Origin: a virus
Virus record (IMG/VR): IMGVR_UViG_3300032309_001318
Coordinates: 20,540-84,539 of that record
DNA: 64,000 nucleotides
Direction: 5' to 3' (one strand)
The translations under genes were made by a program, and so were the position numbers. Of this stretch, positions 57,424-64,000 are shown piece after piece; position 1 is the first letter of the stretch; each line of letters starts with the position of its first letter. The notes below the pieces were generated by a model. That model was not told the origin of the DNA, did no database searches, and saw only the letters and a list, made by a program, of their open reading frames with translations.

Positions 57424-58863
57424 TTGATAATTTTAGGAATTAATGAAACTTCCCATGATGCTTCTGTATCTTTAATTAAAGATGGAGACATATTATTTTC
57501 TGGGCATGCCGAAAGATATAGTAAGCAAAAAAATGATTGGTTTACAAATGATAGTTTAATTAAAGATGCATTAGAGTACGGGTATCCAGATAAAATAGCC
57601 TATTATGAAAACAGATGGCTAAAGAAGGCCCGTATAGCCATTCATGGCGGGTTTGGTGGTGACAAGCCATACTTTCTTCAAACACCCCTTAAAAAAATTC
57701 CTAGGGCTTCCTTTGGGCATCACAAATCCCACGCAGCAGCAGGATACTACACAAGTAGTTATACAGATGCGGTTATTGTAGTTTTAGATGCAATTGGAGA
57801 ATTTAATACTTCTACGGTATGGGTGGGAGAAGGATCTAACATTAAACAAGTTTACAAACAAAACTACCCTGTAAGCTTTGGACTTTTTTATTCCGCATTT
57901 ACTCAGCTTATAGGGTTAATGCCAAATCAAGAAGAATACATTATGATGGGAATGGCTGGTTACGGAGATCCAAATAAGTATTTAAAAAAAGTTAATGAAT
58001 ATTTTCCAAGCATAACAAAACAAAAATACAATTTTCATAAAGGAATTACTGACTGGGGCTGGGTGTCAGACCAAGATAAATTTGATATTGCAGCCTCTGC
58101 TCAATTAATTTATGAACAAAGACTAATTGAATTTATGAATATGGCTAAATCAATAACTGAAAAAACAAATTTAGTTTTTATGGGAGGGTGTGCCCTTAAC
58201 TGCTCTGCCAACACATTGCTTTGGAAAATATTTGATAGCGTTTGGATTATGCCCAACCCAGGAGATGCTGGAAGTTCATTGGGAGCAGCAGCGTTATTGT
58301 ATGGCAAACATTTAAATTGGAATGGTCCATATCTTGGATATAATTTATCAGGGGAATATCCTGTTAATGAAATTGTTGATGAAATATTAAAAAATAAAAT
58401 AGTAGCAGTAGCAAACGGAAGGGCCGAATACGGACCAAGAGCATTAGGCAATAGAAGTATACTAGCGGACCCCAGAGACCCAGACATTAAAAATAAAGTT
58501 AATTTAATTAAACAAAGAGAAAACTTTAGGCCGTTTGCCCCAGTAATTATGGAAGAATGTGCTAGCGAATGGTTTGAAATGAATTTTAATTCACCATATA
58601 TGCAATATGCTGTAAAATGTAAAAAACCAGATTTAATACCCTCTGTTGTTCACATAGACGGCACGTCTAGAGTACAGACAGTAAACAAAGAACAGCATCG
58701 AGGATTGTGGCGTGTTTTAAATAAATTTTATCAAGAAACAGGTGTGCCAGTTTTATTAAATACTAGCCTAAATATAAAGGGTCAGCCACTTATTAATGAT
58801 AAAAATGATATCATTGACTGGCAGCAGCATTATAAGTATAATATACTAACTGGGCAACAGTAG
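57424..58863 (+). CDS. Carbamoyltransferase (NodU/CmcH family)
   Basis: ILGI...HDAS, ER....K, HH.SHAA, EY..MGMAGYG, GGCALNC.AN, GPRALGNRSILA, RE.FRPFAP, H.DGTSR.QTV, LNTSLN. Confidence 0.93.
   Translation: MIILGINETSHDASVSLIKDGDILFSGHAERYSKQKNDWFTNDSLIKDALEYGYPDKIAYYENRWLKKARIAIHGGFGGDKPYFLQTPLKKIPRASFGHHKSHAAAGYYTSSYTDAVIVVLDAIGEFNTSTVWVGEGSNIKQVYKQNYPVSFGLFYSAFTQLIGLMPNQEEYIMMGMAGYGDPNKYLKKVNEYFPSITKQKYNFHKGITDWGWVSDQDKFDIAASAQLIYEQRLIEFMNMAKSITEKTNLVFMGGCALNCSANTLLWKIFDSVWIMPNPGDAGSSLGAAALLYGKHLNWNGPYLGYNLSGEYPVNEIVDEILKNKIVAVANGRAEYGPRALGNRSILADPRDPDIKNKVNLIKQRENFRPFAPVIMEECASEWFEMNFNSPYMQYAVKCKKPDLIPSVVHIDGTSRVQTVNKEQHRGLWRVLNKFYQETGVPVLLNTSLNIKGQPLINDKNDIIDWQQHYKYNILTGQQ
58814..58842 (+). 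promoter_or_regulatory. Near-consensus promoter TTGACT-N17-TATAAT inside the carbamoyltransferase 3' end, driving the tRNA
   Basis: -35 at 58814-58819, -10 at 58837-58842, 11 nt before the tRNA 5' end. Confidence 0.7.
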
Positions 58864-58927
58864 CTTAGTTGGTTAAAGCCCCGAACTCATAATTCGGTAA
58901 CCGTAGGTTCGAGTCCTACCTGTTGTA
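58854..58927 (+). tRNA. tRNA with CAT anticodon (elongator Met or Ile2); CCA not encoded
   Basis: Cloverleaf: acceptor GCAACAG/CTGTTGT, D stem GCTT/AAGC, anticodon arm CCGAA-CTCATAA-TTCGG, T arm GTAGG-TTCGAGT-CCTAC. Confidence 0.92.
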
Positions 58928-58939
58928 CAAGGAGATATT

Positions 58940-59254
58940 TTGGAAGACTCAGAAGAACAGTTTGACAGAGACCTTGAGTATTATATTGAAATAGGAGCTA
59001 TTGAAATATCTGGCGTTGATGAATACGGCGAAATAATTTTTAAAATTACAGACGAAGCAGAGGAGTTGGCCCCAGAACTATGGCAATCTCACAAAGACTA
59101 TATAGACAAAACGCTTCTTGATCTTTATGAAAAAGATTTAATATCTGTGGAATATAATGAAAATCTTGAAGCAACAATTACTTTAACAGAAGAAGCAAAA
59201 AAAATAGCAAAACAACATGGCCTGATTGAGACTGAGGAAAAAAATAATGAATAA
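58940..59254 (+). CDS. Acidic phage hypothetical protein
   Basis: TTG start with AAGGAG RBS. Confidence 0.7.
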   Translation: MEDSEEQFDRDLEYYIEIGAIEISGVDEYGEIIFKITDEAEELAPELWQSHKDYIDKTLLDLYEKDLISVEYNENLEATITLTEEAKKIAKQHGLIETEEKNNE

Positions 59255-60218
59255 AAATATTAACATATACAAAAAAGAAAACTTTTCTGGACTTCCATTT
59301 AATAAAGGATTAATTCGTTTTCAAATGCCAAACTCAAGTTTTAAATTAATGATACATGAAGAAAAGCTGGGCATCCCAGAAGATGACGAAATTACTTATA
59401 GTTATAATTCCGAAGGATTGCGGTCAGACGAATTCACAAACAATCATTCTGGAACACATGTTCTTTTTGCTGGCTGCTCTGAAACAGAGGGTCTTGGGAA
59501 TAAATTAGAAAATATTTGGGCAAATCAATTATATAAAAAAATTATAAATGAAGAGCCATGTTCTGGATTTTTTAACGTAGGAGTTCGGGCTGTTGGTATC
59601 TCTGCAATAAATAGGCAAATAGTTAGCTACATGCAAAAATACGGAAAACCAGATAATTTATTTGTTAACTATCCAGATTTTTATAGACTTTATAAATGGA
59701 ACGATATAAAAAAATTTTGGGAACAAAAAATTGGCTTAGAAACAATGGCTTCATATAACCTTAAAGATAAATTCTTTTTAAAAGAATTTAAAGATGCAAT
59801 AATTAATGACTCTGAGTCTTTTTTTATAGATGACAACTTGCCTGAAGAGGCAATGAAACAATCGGCAATAGCAAACGGGAAACTCATGATTCATGAATAT
59901 ATGAGTGATGAAAGAAAATCTGACTTTGTTATAAACTCAATTCATAATATAATGTTAATGGAACAGATTTGTAAGGTAATGAAAATAAATTTTTTGTGGG
60001 GAACTTGGGATCAATATGCTTCTGCAACTATCAGAGAAAGTGGTTTATTTAATAGCTATGTAGATATTGGTAATGTCAAAAATTTTTATAAATGGGCAGA
60101 AGAGTCTGGATACAATACAAAAGATCTGTCGGCCAGAGACCATGGGCATTCTGGAATTCCATATCATACATACTGGGCAGAACAATTTTTTAATTCATAT
60201 AAAGAAAATAAAAAATGA
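59247..60218 (+). CDS. SGNH-hydrolase-like protein, paralog of 56344
   Basis: Start moved to ATG 59247. YNS.G.RSDEF, LFAGCSETEG.G, KYGKPD..FV, ARD.GH.G...H..WA. Confidence 0.6.
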   Translation: MNKNINIYKKENFSGLPFNKGLIRFQMPNSSFKLMIHEEKLGIPEDDEITYSYNSEGLRSDEFTNNHSGTHVLFAGCSETEGLGNKLENIWANQLYKKIINEEPCSGFFNVGVRAVGISAINRQIVSYMQKYGKPDNLFVNYPDFYRLYKWNDIKKFWEQKIGLETMASYNLKDKFFLKEFKDAIINDSESFFIDDNLPEEAMKQSAIANGKLMIHEYMSDERKSDFVINSIHNIMLMEQICKVMKINFLWGTWDQYASATIRESGLFNSYVDIGNVKNFYKWAEESGYNTKDLSARDHGHSGIPYHTYWAEQFFNSYKENKK

Positions 60219-61051
60219 AATTTCATTGGATGCATAGGTTTGATTTTGGTAACACGCAAGATAAATTAATGGACATGGCATGGACTTTAGAAAAATCAAG
60301 AGCCTATTCTGTTCTTATGACCTACTCTATATCCTCACCAGACTATGTTCCCTTTTTGCAAAGCATGATGAGAGTATCAAAAAATCTTAAATTCATGATG
60401 GCGTTTAGGGCTTATACTATAAGCCCAGAGTATGCAATTAGATTTTTTAATACAATGAATATTAACGGCAAAAATAGAGTAACATTTAATTTAGTTGCTG
60501 GAAAAATGCTTGAAGATGAACAAAAAGAAGCAATAGATATGTATAATTTTGACGATTCTTTAATAAGTACTGTTGAAAAAAGAATAGAGCTTGCGGATAA
60601 GTGGGCAGATAAATTTTTTAACAAGATGGGTGATCAAGCGCCAATTTCTTATACAATTGCAAATTCTCCAATGACAATTGACTTGGCTAATAAATGGACA
60701 GACTATGCTATTATTAATGATAGTGGATTAAAAGAATCAAAATTAAAAGAATCAATTAATAAATTAAAAAATACTAAGATAGTATTAATTATTGACCCAC
60801 TTATTAGAGAAAACAAAGATGACCTAGACTCAGACATAGAATATCATTATCAATCATGGGCAACAAATGAAGGACTAAAACCCTCTATTTGGGAAAAAAG
60901 AGAGCATTTAATACGTGGTAGCATGGAAGAAGTTAAGCAGCAAATTAGAGACATATCTAAAAAATATGGGATAGATGACTTTATGATAGTAACCAGCCAA
61001 AAAGACATATCCAGCCTTTTGAAGCTTATGCAAGAAATGTCTGACTGGTAG
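60215..61051 (+). CDS. Luciferase-like (SsuD-like) flavin monooxygenase-fold protein, divergent
   Basis: MKFHW, LKFMMAFRAY..SP, RV.FNLVAG, GS.EEV...I......G.DDFM. Confidence 0.55.
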   Translation: MKFHWMHRFDFGNTQDKLMDMAWTLEKSRAYSVLMTYSISSPDYVPFLQSMMRVSKNLKFMMAFRAYTISPEYAIRFFNTMNINGKNRVTFNLVAGKMLEDEQKEAIDMYNFDDSLISTVEKRIELADKWADKFFNKMGDQAPISYTIANSPMTIDLANKWTDYAIINDSGLKESKLKESINKLKNTKIVLIIDPLIRENKDDLDSDIEYHYQSWATNEGLKPSIWEKREHLIRGSMEEVKQQIRDISKKYGIDDFMIVTSQKDISSLLKLMQEMSDW

Positions 61052-61065
61052 AATTTTTTAATAAA

Positions 61066-61131
61066 TGATATAATAATATATAGGTCGCCGAATGGGGCCT
61101 AATTTAAATTATTCGCTTGAAAGGGGAATAA
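61066..61131 (+). promoter_or_regulatory. Promoter TGaTATAAT and structured 5' UTR of hsp20
   Basis: -10 at 61069-61074. Hairpins at 61081-61101 and 61109-61131; the second encloses the SD. Confidence 0.55.
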
Positions 61132-61132
61132 A

Positions 61133-61549
61133 ATGGTAACACAATTCGCTATGGATCTTTTCAATGATCCTTTTTTTATTGGCTTTAACAGAGAGTTAAG
61201 CCGTCTAAACAATGCACATAAGGTCAACTCACAGTCATATCCTCCATATGATCTTATTAAGCTAGATGAAGATACATATCGTATTTCTATTGCTGTAGCA
61301 GGTTTTGGCAAAGAAGACATAGATGTGTCAGTAGATAATGGAACTCTTATCATTAAGGGTGAGATTACAGAAGTCGCTGACGCAGAAGTGGTACACAAGG
61401 GTATTGCAAGCCGTAAGTTCACACGCTCATTTGCTCTTGGTGAGTACATGGAAGTGACTGGGGCAGATCTAAAGGACGGTATGTTAAATATTAATGTAGA
61501 TCGTATTGTGCCTGAAGAGAAAAAGCCAAAAACAATTAAAATAAAGTAA
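61133..61549 (+). CDS. hsp20: Small heat-shock protein Hsp20
   Basis: YPPYD, AVAGF.KEDI, HKGIA.R.F.RSF.L, A.LKDGML.I, PEEKKP. Confidence 0.95.
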   Translation: MVTQFAMDLFNDPFFIGFNRELSRLNNAHKVNSQSYPPYDLIKLDEDTYRISIAVAGFGKEDIDVSVDNGTLIIKGEITEVADAEVVHKGIASRKFTRSFALGEYMEVTGADLKDGMLNINVDRIVPEEKKPKTIKIK

Positions 61550-61563
61550 TAGTATAATAGATA

Positions 61564-61644
61564 TCTGCACCCCGTCACTGGGGAGTCGCAGACTATTCGG
61601 GTCGCTACCCGAAGGATGGACCTGAGCACGTCCGCAAACTGCTC
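61564..61644 (+). ncRNA. Candidate structured RNA (two hairpins + H-type pseudoknot)
   Basis: GC-rich island beginning just after TATAAT (61553-61558). Stems TCTGC/GCAGA+CCCC/GGGG, TTCGGGT/ACCCGAA, GGAC/GTCC with loop GAGCA pairing to downstream TGCTC. Confidence 0.55.
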
Positions 61645-61664
61645 TTTAATATTTTAGGAGAATA

Positions 61665-62069
61665 ATGTTTGAGTACAGAATTAAGCAAGTAACAAAAATT
61701 GTAGATGGAGACACAGTAGATGTCGACATAGATCTAGGATTTAGCATTTCATATGCTCAAAGACTTAGACTGGCAGGTATCGATACGCCAGAGTCTAGAA
61801 CTACCGATAAGCTTGAAAAAACATTAGGCCTCGAATCAAAAGAATATCTTAAGTCTAAGTTTAAAGACGCAAAGATTATAGTTGTAAAAACAGAAAAACC
61901 AGACAGCACAGAAAAGTATGGTCGCATACTTGGATGGATTTACATTGACGGCAACACAAAGTCTATTAACGAACAGATGATTGAAGATGGATACGCTTGG
62001 GGATACATGGGGGAGACTAAAGTAAAAGATTTTGATGCTTTAGCAAAACAAAGAGCAAGGAAGAAGTAG
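61665..62069 (+). CDS. Staphylococcal-nuclease-like (thermonuclease) protein
   Basis: KIVDGDTVD, RL.GIDTPE, KYGRILG, N..MI..GYA..Y.G. Confidence 0.9.
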   Translation: MFEYRIKQVTKIVDGDTVDVDIDLGFSISYAQRLRLAGIDTPESRTTDKLEKTLGLESKEYLKSKFKDAKIIVVKTEKPDSTEKYGRILGWIYIDGNTKSINEQMIEDGYAWGYMGETKVKDFDALAKQRARKK

Positions 62070-62252
62070 ATGCCAATATATGAATACTCATGTATAACAT
62101 GTGACAAATCATTAGAAGTTACTCGTAAGTTTGATGAAACAGAAGTTGTGCCACCTTGTCCTTCTTGCGGATACGGAATGGCAAGATCATATGGAACAGT
62201 TGGAATACAATTCAAAGGAAATGGTTTTTACAAAACAGATAATCCTAAGTAA
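62070..62252 (+). CDS. FmdB-family zinc-ribbon protein
   Basis: MPIYEYSC..C...CPSCG...FKG.GFY.TD. Confidence 0.88.
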   Translation: MPIYEYSCITCDKSLEVTRKFDETEVVPPCPSCGYGMARSYGTVGIQFKGNGFYKTDNPK

Positions 62253-62277
62253 CTAAGATTATTTAAATAAACAAACA

Positions 62278-62311
62278 TGATATAATCTCTATGTAACAAA
62301 AATTTTGTTAC
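62278..62311 (+). promoter_or_regulatory. Promoter TGaTATAAT with a downstream perfect inverted repeat
   Basis: GTAACAAAA-A-TTTTGTTAC at 62293-62311. Confidence 0.55.
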
Positions 62312-62323
62312 TTGGAGATCCAA

Positions 62324-64000
62324 TTGCATAGAAAGTTAAAACTATTTTTAGCTAGCCTTTTTGTAACAGGTTGGCTATTTTTTATTGGTCCAAGTTATGC
62401 ATGGGCAACAGACAATAGCGGACAAGAACAAGTTGTTGTAAGCCCTGCCCAACAAGCAGTTAATTCAGCCCTTGCAACAGCCACCACAGAAGTTCAACAG
62501 GCTATCGCAGCCACAGATACCGCCACTGCCACAATAGTAACAGCAGTTTCTGAAAGATTAGAAGCTCAAGAAGCGGTAAACATAGTAACATCCGCAGTAA
62601 CAGTAGCGCAATCAAATGTAGCTTTAGTAGACACCGCCACCGCTACAATTAATAACATAAATTTAGCCGTCACACCAATAGATCAAAGTTCGCAGGTAAT
62701 TGCAGATGCAAAAAATACAATTACAACAGCACAAAATTCTATAAATAATATTGACACATCAACTGCACAGGTACAAATATCTGAAGCCGTTGCAACAAAA
62801 ACAACGGCAACAACAGCACAAGCCACCGCACAAACCGAATTAACTCAAGCCAACATTGCAATTGATAATGCACAAACAGCAGTTAATAATTTACAAGCCA
62901 TTATTGGAACTACTGTTAACGTTTTGGCTGGTGTAGATGATGCTGGTGTTCAAATGAATCTTCCGTTTGGAATGCAAATGGGTGGCACTGTTTATAACAA
63001 TGTTTACGTTGGATCTAATGCAACCGTAACGTTTGGCGTCAACGAAGGTCCTAATTATTATTCTACTCCAAGTGCACCATCCGTATCTATTGCTGGCTGG
63101 GACTGGACAACCTGGAGTAGTGGAACTGGAATTACGTATTCAACTACTGGAACAAGTTTAGATATTGCTTGGGACTTAAGACCTTATCCACAACAAGATG
63201 CTTCTACACAAATGGTTCAAATTAGATTCAATGCAGATGTAAATCCAAATGATGGCGCATGGATGGCAAACGTAACCGCAGTTGGACCAATACCAGGCGG
63301 AGCAAGGTTTAATTATAGAGAAACAACTAATGGAGGCGTAACAGAAATTATTGATACTAATTCTGGTACTGGATTTGCTGGACAAATAAGTCAAGGCTCA
63401 GCATTTACTCCGTATGTAGATCCGAACACTTCAACAATTCAAGCAGCAGTAGATTCAGCAAATGCAACCATTACGCAATTAAATCAAAGCCTTTCTCCAG
63501 TTGTTGCACAGAACACCACAAATACATCAGCAATAAATGCTATCAATACAACATCTTTAACTAATATAGTAAACTCAGCGGTGTCAACAAAAACATCTTT
63601 GCAGTCATCATTAAATACTAAAGCTATTCAACTAGTTACTGCAATTAATAACAATATTCCAACCCCTGCCCCAATAATTTTAACTCCAATTGTTGCAGGA
63701 ACTACTGCAACTATTACACCGTCTTTACCTGAAGGATATACAGCAAACACTTGGTTTTATCAAGTAGTAACAGATGATCCAGATGCAGAAAATCCATACG
63801 AAGGTGGAACATATAATACAGATGGTGCACCAGAGTCTATTCAATTAACTGGTTTGACAGAAGGCGCTACTTATACAGTTAGAGTTGCTAACTGGTCTGG
63901 ACCTGTAAGTCAATATACTGAGACTGTTATTTCTGTACCCGCACCACAAGGCTCCAATTTAACTACTGGTGGCAATAGTTCCCCAATAGATACAACTCCA
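62324..64000 (+). CDS. Large secreted/surface protein (signal peptide, Ala/Thr/Gln coiled coils, nidogen-like domain, FN3), partial
   Basis: GGAG RBS and TTG start. MHRKLKLFLASLFVTGWLFFIGPSYAWA signal peptide; GVDDAGVQMNLPF....G.VYNNVYVGSNATVTFG; LTGLTEGATYTVRVA. Runs off the window end, so it is missing from the ORF track. Confidence 0.75.
   Translation, partial: MHRKLKLFLASLFVTGWLFFIGPSYAWATDNSGQEQVVVSPAQQAVNSALATATTEVQQAIAATDTATATIVTAVSERLEAQEAVNIVTSAVTVAQSNVALVDTATATINNINLAVTPIDQSSQVIADAKNTITTAQNSINNIDTSTAQVQISEAVATKTTATTAQATAQTELTQANIAIDNAQTAVNNLQAIIGTTVNVLAGVDDAGVQMNLPFGMQMGGTVYNNVYVGSNATVTFGVNEGPNYYSTPSAPSVSIAGWDWTTWSSGTGITYSTTGTSLDIAWDLRPYPQQDASTQMVQIRFNADVNPNDGAWMANVTAVGPIPGGARFNYRETTNGGVTEIIDTNSGTGFAGQISQGSAFTPYVDPNTSTIQAAVDSANATITQLNQSLSPVVAQNTTNTSAINAINTTSLTNIVNSAVSTKTSLQSSLNTKAIQLVTAINNNIPTPAPIILTPIVAGTTATITPSLPEGYTANTWFYQVVTDDPDAENPYEGGTYNTDGAPESIQLTGLTEGATYTVRVANWSGPVSQYTETVISVPAPQGSNLTTGGNSSPIDTTP

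Noticed and set aside
61099-61629. 176-aa minus-strand ORF
   Set aside because: Antisense to the clear hsp20 gene and the structured leader.
61564-61644. Assignment of the structured RNA as a ZTP riboswitch, hammerhead ribozyme or tRNA
   Set aside because: Only partial resemblance (CACTGGGGAG, CCTGAGCA). It lacks the ZTP 5' GACUGGCG-type element, the hammerhead CUGANGA/GAAA core and a cloverleaf.

Overview
A 64-kb segment of a large, AT-rich tailed dsDNA phage genome with a long non-contractile tail (siphovirus type). Every credible gene is on the + strand. From left to right: (i) 0.2-8.9 kb, an accessory virion-protein gene built as FN3-FN3-(PFGFT)n-Hint, followed by a tightly coupled cluster of modification enzymes (GNAT-like protein, three DUF6065/dUTPase-fold-like proteins, three TIGR02466-like and two prolyl-4-hydroxylase-like 2OG-Fe(II) oxygenase-fold proteins, a GlcNAc-transferase-like protein and an SDR); (ii) 8.9-38.5 kb, morphogenesis genes (LamG protein, portal, protease/scaffold, capsid, head-tail proteins, tail tube, frameshifted tail chaperones, 2232-aa tape measure, minor tail and fibre proteins); (iii) 38.6-51.5 kb, replication and recombination genes (metallophosphoesterase, DnaB, primase, SSB, DnaE, RecA, resolvases, Cas4-like nuclease); (iv) 51.5-64 kb, glycosyl- and methyltransferases, terminase, SGNH-like proteins, carbamoyltransferase, tRNA-CAT, luciferase-like protein, Hsp20, a structured RNA leader, thermonuclease, FmdB-like protein and a truncated secreted protein. 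Gene content and leaderless sigma-A-type promoters suggest an actinobacterial host, possibly freshwater (inference). The best candidate for an undescribed system is the FN3-(PFGFT)n-Hint precursor with its enzyme cluster, which looks like a phage-encoded, RiPP-like autoprocessing and post-translational modification pathway. All calls come from reading motifs by eye; no database searches were run.
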